IMG/VR virus record: IMGVR_UViG_3300021964_000017
Length of the DNA stretch: 64,000 nucleotides
From: a virus
Direction: 5' to 3' (one strand)
Made by a program: the position numbers and the translations under genes. Every line of letters starts with the position of its first letter. Positions within the stretch are counted from its first letter, which is position 1. Below are positions 56,315 to 64,000 of this stretch, in pieces. The notes below the pieces were generated by a model, which saw only the letters and a program-made list of their open reading frames with translations, had not been told where the DNA came from and made no database searches.

Positions 56315-57988
56315 TTATGTGGGGGTAAATAATAAATTGGCATATAGTCCAACTCCAGCGCTTGTAGATCCTACTTGTGTAATATCTATTGTGATATAAT
56401 CTCCCACAGCAAAGGAAACACTAACAGTGTTTCCTGTATCTGAAGTTTGTCCAGCTGGTAGAGTTATAGTTGCAGCAGTAGTACCGTTCTTTAATACGTC
56501 TATTGTGACGGCGGCACCGGTAGGAGCAGTTTCTACAAAAAGATCAACATTAGTCAAAGTTGAGGCAACATGAATATAGTTTCTAGCCGTACCAGTACTC
56601 AATCCCAGATCACCAGAATAGCTATATTTTTCACGGAATACGCTTGATCCTCCACCACCGCCAGATACTGTCCCAGGCTCAAACTTTGAGTCAGTACTAT
56701 TCCAAACAAGCGCTTGCCCGTTGGTAGGAGCTACCGATGTTGTATCAACATCTGATAACGCATCGATGCTAGTAGCTGAGATGATAGCAGATACTCCAGC
56801 AGAGTCAACGCCACTACTAGCCACTGTTCCAGGTTCAAACTCACTATTACTAGCATTCCAAATAAGTGCTTGCCCATTTGTAGGAGCCGCAGTTGTTATG
56901 TCGACGTCTGATAATACTCCAATGCTTTTTGTTGCAATATCAGTGTCAAGGATAGCAGATACTCCAGCAGAGTCAACGCCACCACCGCCACCACCAGATA
57001 CTGTCCCAGGCTCAAATCTCGAATTATCACTATCCCAGACAAGCGCTTGGCCGTTGGTAGGAGCTACCGATGTTATATCAACATCTGATAACGCATCGAT
57101 GCTCGCCGCCGCAATCCGAGCATCAGCTCTAGTGTTGGTGTAGTAAAGATTTGTGCCCTCAGATAGATAAGTTGTCGTCCTTGCAGCGATCCACGTATCT
57201 GCTGTAGAGTTAAAATCAGAAGACGATAACTTAGCAGCAATACTATTTGTTATCGTTGTACTAAAATCAGAATCATCATTAATAGCTGCAGCTAATTCAT
57301 TTAAAGTATTAAGAGCGTCAGGAGCAGAACCCACTAACGCATCAATTTTTAGTTGAGCTCTAGTATCCGCACGAGCATCTGTGTAATAAAGGTTAGTCGA
57401 ACCTTCACTCAAATCATCTGTTGTTTTTGAGGCTAGATCAGAATCAAAGTCTGAATCTGTGTACCCTCCAAGATTACGTGGCGCCCAATATGAATTACTA
57501 GCATCCCAGGTAAGAGCGTCACCTTCTGAGGGAGTTATAGTTGTGGTATTAACATCCGCTAACGCATTAATACTAGCTAGAGATATTCTAAGATCCGCAT
57601 CACTATCTGCTCGTGCAGTTGTATAATAAAGATTAGTACCTTCTGATAGATCGGATGTAGATTTACTACTAAGGTCTAAATTAGATCCAGTTTGTAAGTT
57701 TATTCTCGTATCTGCTCTAACGTCTGTAAAATATAGGTTGGTACCTTCAGTGATATCTGAAGTAGTTGCCGCGGCGACCGCTGAATCTGCTGCAGCATTA
57801 GCAATGGTTGTCGCCGCTGCACTATCAAACGAATTGATTCCTACAAGAGAATTAAATGCTGTTGCGCTGTCTCCAACTTTAAACAGGCCGGTGTCAGTTA
57901 CAAAAGCTGGCTCACCTGCATTCAACACTGGGTTTGCCGAACTCCAGTTTGCTGCTGTATCTCTTCTTACCTGAATTCTTGTTGGCAT
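56315..57988 (-). CDS. tail fibre protein
   Basis: Mtd-N-like start, EG.NLY(Y/F)T..RA repeats, LSDVD....PTNGQAL.W repeats; late promoter 58031-58038. Confidence 0.8.
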   Translation of the reverse strand: MPTRIQVRRDTAANWSSANPVLNAGEPAFVTDTGLFKVGDSATAFNSLVGINSFDSAAATTIANAAADSAVAAATTSDITEGTNLYFTDVRADTRINLQTGSNLDLSSKSTSDLSEGTNLYYTTARADSDADLRISLASINALADVNTTTITPSEGDALTWDASNSYWAPRNLGGYTDSDFDSDLASKTTDDLSEGSTNLYYTDARADTRAQLKIDALVGSAPDALNTLNELAAAINDDSDFSTTITNSIAAKLSSSDFNSTADTWIAARTTTYLSEGTNLYYTNTRADARIAAASIDALSDVDITSVAPTNGQALVWDSDNSRFEPGTVSGGGGGGVDSAGVSAILDTDIATKSIGVLSDVDITTAAPTNGQALIWNASNSEFEPGTVASSGVDSAGVSAIISATSIDALSDVDTTSVAPTNGQALVWNSTDSKFEPGTVSGGGGGSSVFREKYSYSGDLGLSTGTARNYIHVASTLTNVDLFVETAPTGAAVTIDVLKNGTTAATITLPAGQTSDTGNTVSVSFAVGDYITIDITQVGSTSAGVGLYANLLFTPT

Positions 57989-58091
57989 ATTATTTAGATC
58001 CTTTACTCAACATCGAGCTATCGATGTGACTATTTATAATAGTCATAAATTACACTTTGTCTGATTATTTTAATTTGTTGTAACATTTATA

Positions 58092-58955
58092 TCACGCAGC
58101 CCCTCGTAGATTAATAATATCTATGGTACTATAGACACTAGTAGCAGTTCCACAATCATCGAATATGTCAAAGGATGAGCTCGCAGTACCACAATCAATA
58201 ATGTCTACTACAGCGCCAGCAGGAGGCGCAGCAACCCAATTTGTACCGTTGTATGCAAGGACATTGTCAGTTGACGGATTAGCAACGGACACATTTGATA
58301 GGTCATTAAGAACATTCTGTGTAATGTTTGACTTTTGCACGTTGTCATCGGAATCAAGTACTGATATAGTATCATCGTAATTCTTTAAAACGAACTCTCC
58401 CAAATGTAAGGTCCTAAAACTACGTGTAGTAGAACCTATATTGTAAAATTCGCTTACTTCCGGAATGATATGGTTAGCATTACCATCTAGGTGTGTATCA
58501 ACAATATCACCAACAGCTGCAGAATCGATACCTCCTGAACCTCCTGAACTTTGATTCACCCAATCGTAATCAGTGCCATTCCAACTTAATACTTGATTAC
58601 TTGTTGCTGTACTTGTGTTTAGATGTGTGTCTACATCAGTTTCTGTAAAAGTAATTTGTCTAGCCTGAACATAATCAGAATCAATTAATGCGGATATCCC
58701 GGCCGAATCTACCCCGCCTGAAGCTGCAGCAATTAACGCTACGTCAGCAGAATCAAGAACATTTGGAGCTCCGGTCAATGAGCTGTAAGCAAAGTCCTGA
58801 GCTGTTTGACGAGCCTGTATATAATCGCTGTCAATCAATACGATGGTCTGAGCAGAATCTAAGCCTCCAGCAATAAGCACGCCGTTTGAGTCGAGACTTT
58901 CCGTAACGAATTCGGGTAATCGTTGAGCTAGAAAAAATCCTTGGGATATCGTCAT
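58092..58955 (-). CDS. tail-fibre-like virion protein
   Basis: IDSDY.QARQ repeats, VL.(W/Y)NGT.W motifs. Confidence 0.7.
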   Translation of the reverse strand: MTISQGFFLAQRLPEFVTESLDSNGVLIAGGLDSAQTIVLIDSDYIQARQTAQDFAYSSLTGAPNVLDSADVALIAAASGGVDSAGISALIDSDYVQARQITFTETDVDTHLNTSTATSNQVLSWNGTDYDWVNQSSGGSGGIDSAAVGDIVDTHLDGNANHIIPEVSEFYNIGSTTRSFRTLHLGEFVLKNYDDTISVLDSDDNVQKSNITQNVLNDLSNVSVANPSTDNVLAYNGTNWVAAPPAGAVVDIIDCGTASSSFDIFDDCGTATSVYSTIDIINLRGAA

Positions 58956-59036
58956 TGGGTTGTTCCTTAATTATACTCTGGTGTTATATGATTGTCGAGT
59001 TAATTGAATGTGAGAGAGGATGTTAGGAATTCCATA

Positions 59037-59405
59037 TTATGTTGGACTCGATTCAGCATCCCAGCTTTGAGTATTTTCATTCCAAGTGTACAAAGACCCA
59101 TCTGTAGGATATGCTACTGGAGGTTGCCATAAACAAGTTTCTTCATTTAGAACCCAAGAGTTGTAATGCTTTGGAGGAATAAATGCATCGCGCTCAGAGT
59201 CATACGTATATCCCGCACCAGCAAAGTTCTTACGGAACGATCCGTTATAACTCGTCTGAATCCACGTCCCGCCTAGCAAGTTGCGGCAGAATTCTTGACC
59301 TTTTGATTCTTGCTCTACGCCGTTATCGTCTAGCAATTCGTTATTATCAACAACAATTATTTGTTGAACGATATTGTTTAATCCTATTTCTGCAAAGTGT
59401 GCCAT
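59037..59405 (-). CDS. fibre-associated protein (MAHFA family)
   Basis: MAHFAE, WIQTSYNG.FRKNFAG.G.TYD..RDAFIPP, W.PP..YP. Confidence 0.75.
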   Translation of the reverse strand: MAHFAEIGLNNIVQQIIVVDNNELLDDNGVEQESKGQEFCRNLLGGTWIQTSYNGSFRKNFAGAGYTYDSERDAFIPPKHYNSWVLNEETCLWQPPVAYPTDGSLYTWNENTQSWDAESSPT

Positions 59406-59416
59406 TATATATCCTA

Positions 59417-60316
59417 TTAGATTGTAATTGAACCGGATCCGGTGAATGTGTAGATCTTGTAAGATCCATCCTGAGACACTGTGGGAGATCCTGTCGTTGC
59501 TGTAGCTGTAAGTAATGAGCGAAGAATTACAACACCAGAACCGCCAGCGCCGGATCCAGTCTGAGATACTCCTGTGGAGGTGGGGGTGCGAGCACCTGCA
59601 CCACCACCACCTGTGTTGTTTGTTCCACTTGGTGCAGGCCCGCCAGTAGTTATACCGTCGGCACCGCCCCCAAGCCCGCCTGTGCCTGCCGGACCATTGT
59701 TTGATCCACGACTAGCTGCGCCTCCACCTGCGTAATAAGTTGCCGTCCCTGTTATTGATGATTGAATCCCGTCACCGCCGTCTACACCTGATCCAGCAGC
59801 GCCAGCTCCTCCGCCACCACCACCGGCGTAGCTGGCATAACTTGACGATCCTGCATTACCTTGACCAGCTACTCCTGCGCCCGGGCCGGTGGCATAAGAT
59901 GCACCGCCACCAGATCCACCGCTGATGCTGCCTGTTGGATTAGTGTTATATGTTGCGCCTGCGCCTCCTCCTGTAGCCTCCACATCACCGAAAGAGCTAT
60001 CACCTCCTGAACTCCATGAATTACTAGAGTATGTATATGCCGGGATTGCCGTACCACCAGCGCCAATAACTACCGAGTAGGTAGATGCCACTGCCGCCGA
60101 TAACGTTCCAGTCAGAATCCCGCCGGCTCCACCACCGCCACCGGCCCAACCGCCACCAGCCCCGCCACCGGCCACAACCAAGTATTCTATCTCTGGTGGC
60201 GGTGGTGGCCAGGTACTATTATTTTGTTGTTGTTCAGCAAGCGACCATATGCCTGAAGCGCCTGAATCTGCCGGCGTATTTAATGGCCCTACGCGCCCAC
60301 CATTACCCCGACTCAT
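59417..60316 (-). CDS. glycine-rich virion/fibre-tip protein
   Basis: EYLVVAGGG.GG, YYAGGG, NTGGGG, GGSGVVI.R, YTFT.SG. Confidence 0.8.
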   Translation of the reverse strand: MSRGNGGRVGPLNTPADSGASGIWSLAEQQQNNSTWPPPPPEIEYLVVAGGGAGGGWAGGGGGAGGILTGTLSAAVASTYSVVIGAGGTAIPAYTYSSNSWSSGGDSSFGDVEATGGGAGATYNTNPTGSISGGSGGGASYATGPGAGVAGQGNAGSSSYASYAGGGGGGAGAAGSGVDGGDGIQSSITGTATYYAGGGAASRGSNNGPAGTGGLGGGADGITTGGPAPSGTNNTGGGGAGARTPTSTGVSQTGSGAGGSGVVILRSLLTATATTGSPTVSQDGSYKIYTFTGSGSITI

Positions 60317-60669
60317 CAGCTAATCTCCTCATATGAGCAAACCGCTTGTAATGTTGTGTTGGCATTTGCTGTCAGTCTCAGCGAATCCCCCTCCATCAAA
60401 TATATGGCCTTACTAATAACATCGAGCGTTGCATCTGCGGGAACGACAACTGTCTTTGCAATGTGGTATGCAGTTGTCGATCGATACAAGTCAACATTCA
60501 CTTCACCAAAAGTTGTTCCGTCAACGTTACTGACATACAGAGCGCTCACTTTGATTACTTTGCCGCTGGCAGCGTTGTTAGTAATAATTGCAGTAGCGGT
60601 TGTTGTGATTGCTTGAACAGCCGTATTACCGGTGATTGTTGTTAGACTTAATAAGTTAGGATTGGCCAT
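60316..60669 (-). CDS. small fibre-associated virion protein
   Basis: MANPN, VSNVDG, VPADATL, YL.EGDSL, SYEEIS. Confidence 0.75.
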   Translation of the reverse strand: MANPNLLSLTTITGNTAVQAITTTATAIITNNAASGKVIKVSALYVSNVDGTTFGEVNVDLYRSTTAYHIAKTVVVPADATLDVISKAIYLMEGDSLRLTANANTTLQAVCSYEEIS

Positions 60670-60672
60670 TAT

Positions 60673-63600
60673 TTAAGCTCCGAATAAAATTGAATATGCA
60701 AAAACTGCGCTTGTGTTGGTACCACCACCGCCACTTGATACTCTGGCATTAATATAATCAGAATCAATAAGATTAATAGTAGCTGCAGAATCAATACCAC
60801 CACCCGCAGCCCCCGCCGTAGCAAACGATAGTTGCCCACTGCCATCTGTTTGTAGCACTTGATTGGCAGTGCCGTCTGAGGTTGGAAACTTGTATGCGTT
60901 GTTGAATGTAATAGCACCACTATCGTTACCATCAATCTTAAATTGCACATCACTCAAATTACTGGCATCAACTGATGTACCGTCTGTGGTAACCGCAACC
61001 GTAAACTGTGTTCTGTTTTGATCGTTAGTGTTGTCAAAAGCAAACTGTCCACCAACAATAAGTGCTGAACCATTATAGTATTCGTGATTACTTCTATAAA
61101 GATAATCACCTGAGTCAATTGCAAGTGGTGAGGCAATTGTACCTCTGTATCTTCTTGTTCTTAAATCTGGAGCGTCAGCACTGTTATTGTACTGCTCCAT
61201 ACGGACCTGTGCTGTTTGAGCACCCTCGCCCGTCATGTGTAGTGTTACTTCAGGCGAGGATTGGTTAATACCCAATCTATTGTTTGAAGTATCCATTGCT
61301 AGTGTACCATTACTTGCAATACTAGTTCCATCCGAACCTACAACAAGTAGTTCATTGGCAGTACCCAGTGTAATACCAGTAACACCATCCAGTAGATTTA
61401 ATTCTGCTACTGTGCTAGTAAGTGCTGTGGTTCCATCATTTAGGGTTGAATAGGTCACTGTACCAGTAGTGGTAGTTATATCTCCACTAACTGTTAATGT
61501 ACCAGTGGTATTAATGTCTCCCGTGCCTGTTATATCATTACTGTTTAGATCTAAATCGCCGCCCAGTTGTGGTGTAGTGTCTTCAACTACATTGTCTAGT
61601 CCGCCTGCTGAAATAGTAGTCCAACTTAATTGTCCACTACCATTTGTTTTTAACACTTGATCCGCAGTACCATCAGCCTGAGGCCAATTTACACCATCTA
61701 ATACAATTGAACCAGTAGTGTCTGGAGTAATAGCAATGTTGCCACCACTTGCACTTACAATTGAATTTCCGTTTACGTCTAAATTGCCACCTAGTTGTGG
61801 TGTAGTGTCTTCTACTAGGTTTTCTAATTCGTTGCCAGTTGCACTAGTAATGCCTGCTTCACTTGCACTTTGGTTGATCCAGTTGCCCGAAGATGAATCA
61901 TAAGCAAGAATATCGTTGTCTGCAACTGTAGTAATGTCTACATCGCCAATATCAACAATGTTAGCAACACTAGCAGTTGGTTGATCCCAACTTAGGTTAC
62001 CTGCACCGTCTGTTTTTAGAAAATAATTTGCTGTGCCATCTGCTGTGGGCCAACTTAGCCCGTCTAAAATAATTTTACCAGTTGTGTCTGGCGTAATAGC
62101 AATGTTGCCAGCACTTACACTGACAATACTGTTTCCATTTACGTCTAAGTTGCCGCCTAATTGTGGAGTTATATCATCAACTACGTCTACTCTTGCTTGA
62201 ATGTAGTCGCTATCGATTAAGTTAATGACTTCTGATGAGTCTAGACTACTACCTCCTGCAGCAACGTTTAATTGTCTTGCTTGAATGTAGTCGCTATCGA
62301 TTAAGTTAATGATTTCTGATGAGTCAAGATTACTAACTCTTGCAGCAAAGTTGTGAACAGCAAGTTGATCGCCGCTGTCAGCTGCTTGGGTCAATACGAT
62401 TGTAGATCCATTTGACGCATAGTCGTCCGAATCCTTTAGCAAGATACCATTCAAGAATACAAGAATTTGATCTTCGGTGTGTGCAACTGTAAAAGATGTT
62501 TGACCACTGGTTGCTGTTTGTACATCCGCTGTAAGTGTAGTACCACTAGCTGCTGCTGCTGATACTCTGGCATTAATATAATCAGAATCAATAAGATTAA
62601 TAGTAGCTGCAGAATCAAGTAAACTATCAAAGTTTAATTGTCTTGCTTGAATATAAGCCGAATCAACAAGTGAAAGAACTTCAGCTGAATCCAAGAAATC
62701 ATATGTAAGCTGATTGGCTTGAATATAACTTGCATCTATAACACCGGTAACAGTAGTTGAATCCAAATAATTAGCATCATTTATGAATGAACTTACATTC
62801 GTTGGAGCACCAGTTAATGAACCATATGCATAGTCTTGTCTTGCCTGGACATATGCAGAATCAATTAATGAAATTGCCTCGGCCGAATCCAGATAGGTTG
62901 TATCAATTAGACCTGTAACATATGTCTGATCAATGACACCAGTAACTGTTGTACTGTCAAGATAATTAGCATCATTTATGAATGAACTTACATTTGTAGG
63001 AACACCAGTTAACGAACTGTATGCATAATCTTGTCTGGCCTGAACATAAGCTGAATCAACAATGCCAGTTACAAAAGCCGAATCACGGAATATATCTACT
63101 TGTCTTGCTTGAATGTAGTCGCTATCGATTAAGTTAATGACTTCTGATGAGTCAAGTAAACTATCAAAGTTTAATTGTCTTGCTTGAATGTAGGCTGAGT
63201 CAACATAAGCGTTGACTCTTGCGTCAGTATAGTATAGATTTGACGAACCTTCGCTTAGATTGTCAGTATCAAAGCCTGTTAGTGTGCGAGAATTGGTTTG
63301 TACAGAGTTACCCATGTATCCATGAGCAGTACACTGATAATGTAATACCGTTGGAGTAGAATCTGTAATAGTAATTTCGGTATATGCCCCAGCAACACCA
63401 GCGGAACCGTTGACAGTTACATCAGTAGAGTAGGTAGTTGTCTTAGCTGCATCATAATAAAAATTAATAGGATGACTATTATTAGAACTGTGAGATTGAT
63501 CAAACCTATATGTCCGGCCAGGAGTAAGCGTAAGGAAAGGAGAAAAGACACCATCAATTTTATAACCAGCGCTAGATCCTTGACCATTATATCTGTGAGT

Positions 63601-63882
63601 GGAATCTTTAGTTGCAACTGTTACTACAAATGTTACAACGCTGCCATGAGGAGCTTGAAGATATTTAAAACCTTTGATAACAGAGGATGTTACAGAATCT
63701 TTAATCTGCAGAGCTGTATGGCTTGAGTCCGCAATATTTTTAATTTCATTTGAACTATTTTTAAAATAAACTAGCTCGTCAGCGTAGTTTATTGCCAATT
63801 CGCCATATTCTAAATCATCTGCTGCTGGTATTCGACCAGCAACCGACGACTTTTTTAGCTTCAGCTTAGTATTCGTAGCCAT
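60673..63882 (-). CDS. long repetitive tail fibre protein
   Basis: LKKSS..GR.P....L.YGELAINYAD N-terminus; (I/V)DS(D/A)Y.QAR repeats; DTTPQLGG.LD.N repeats; P..DG.A.QVL.T.GSG.LS. Confidence 0.85.
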   Translation of the reverse strand: MATNTKLKLKKSSVAGRIPAADDLEYGELAINYADELVYFKNSSNEIKNIADSSHTALQIKDSVTSSVIKGFKYLQAPHGSVVTFVVTVATKDSTHRYNGQGSSAGYKIDGVFSPFLTLTPGRTYRFDQSHSSNNSHPINFYYDAAKTTTYSTDVTVNGSAGVAGAYTEITITDSTPTVLHYQCTAHGYMGNSVQTNSRTLTGFDTDNLSEGSSNLYYTDARVNAYVDSAYIQARQLNFDSLLDSSEVINLIDSDYIQARQVDIFRDSAFVTGIVDSAYVQARQDYAYSSLTGVPTNVSSFINDANYLDSTTVTGVIDQTYVTGLIDTTYLDSAEAISLIDSAYVQARQDYAYGSLTGAPTNVSSFINDANYLDSTTVTGVIDASYIQANQLTYDFLDSAEVLSLVDSAYIQARQLNFDSLLDSAATINLIDSDYINARVSAAAASGTTLTADVQTATSGQTSFTVAHTEDQILVFLNGILLKDSDDYASNGSTIVLTQAADSGDQLAVHNFAARVSNLDSSEIINLIDSDYIQARQLNVAAGGSSLDSSEVINLIDSDYIQARVDVVDDITPQLGGNLDVNGNSIVSVSAGNIAITPDTTGKIILDGLSWPTADGTANYFLKTDGAGNLSWDQPTASVANIVDIGDVDITTVADNDILAYDSSSGNWINQSASEAGITSATGNELENLVEDTTPQLGGNLDVNGNSIVSASGGNIAITPDTTGSIVLDGVNWPQADGTADQVLKTNGSGQLSWTTISAGGLDNVVEDTTPQLGGDLDLNSNDITGTGDINTTGTLTVSGDITTTTGTVTYSTLNDGTTALTSTVAELNLLDGVTGITLGTANELLVVGSDGTSIASNGTLAMDTSNNRLGINQSSPEVTLHMTGEGAQTAQVRMEQYNNSADAPDLRTRRYRGTIASPLAIDSGDYLYRSNHEYYNGSALIVGGQFAFDNTNDQNRTQFTVAVTTDGTSVDASNLSDVQFKIDGNDSGAITFNNAYKFPTSDGTANQVLQTDGSGQLSFATAGAAGGGIDSAATINLIDSDYINARVSSGGGGTNTSAVFAYSILFGA
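60736..63153. repeat. near-exact intragenic DNA repeats in fibre gene
   Basis: 59-bp exact pair 60736-60794 / 62560-62618; 51-bp triple 62191-62241, 62275-62325 (1 mismatch), 63103-63153. Confidence 0.85.
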
Positions 63883-63940
63883 TTTGAATCCTTAAAAAAG
63901 GGTATATTCAGCTAGTAAAAACCAGCTTGATTATTATATG

Positions 63941-64000
63941 TTAGTATGTGCCACCATCGAGCTCGCGGATATAAACATTACCTGTAGAATTAATATCAAA
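63941..64000 (-). CDS. 3' end of upstream fibre-type gene (partial)
   Basis: ...FDINSTGNVYIRELDGGTY*; DGG(T)Y/F terminus typical of these fibre proteins. Confidence 0.65.
   Translation of the reverse strand, partial: FDINSTGNVYIRELDGGTY

Noticed and set aside
52905-57988. Diversity-generating retroelement suggested by Mtd-N-like domains
   Set aside because: No reverse transcriptase and no TR/VR pair differing at adenines seen in the window
53201-63882. DS enrichment as DNA-level selection for CcrM GANTC sites (GAY-TCN)
   Set aside because: Many DS pairs use AGY codons (3 of 7 in the 154-aa gene; GAT AGC in the triple repeat), which do not create GANTC
60673-63882. CRISPR-like array
   Set aside because: Repeats are in-frame coding repeats with irregular spacing and no cas genes

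Overview
A 64-kb segment of a large T4-like myovirus genome, almost entirely encoded on the minus strand. The host is probably a marine alphaproteobacterium (Rhodobacteraceae-like), inferred from an alpha-type two-piece tmRNA, a DUF1127 protein, an Hsp20 with a ROSE-like leader and a small porin-like OMP. In transcription order (right to left) it contains: tail-fibre/virion accessory genes (52.9-64 kb); neck, terminase, tail and head genes gp13-gp23 and gp3 (39-52.9 kb); uvsY/uvsW/gp55/gp47/46/45/44/62/regA/gp43/uvsX/gp41 interleaved with sugar-nucleotide genes (17-39 kb); thyX and a QueC-less 7-deazaguanine DNA-modification cluster (queD, queE, PRTase, folE, iscA, dpdL-like, dpdA-like, DUF3310; 8.8-16 kb); a divergent lysis-like module; tmRNA; and a late-promoter-driven operon of exported proteins with pilin-like and chaperone-like members (0-4.5 kb). 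The best candidates for undescribed biology are (1) the usher-less pilus/envelope-complex operon, (2) strong Asp-Ser motif enrichment in fibre and neck proteins, suggesting a virion modification sequon, and (3) a possible nucleotide-level 7-deazaguanine pathway. All calls come from motif recognition and synteny by eye; no database searches were run.
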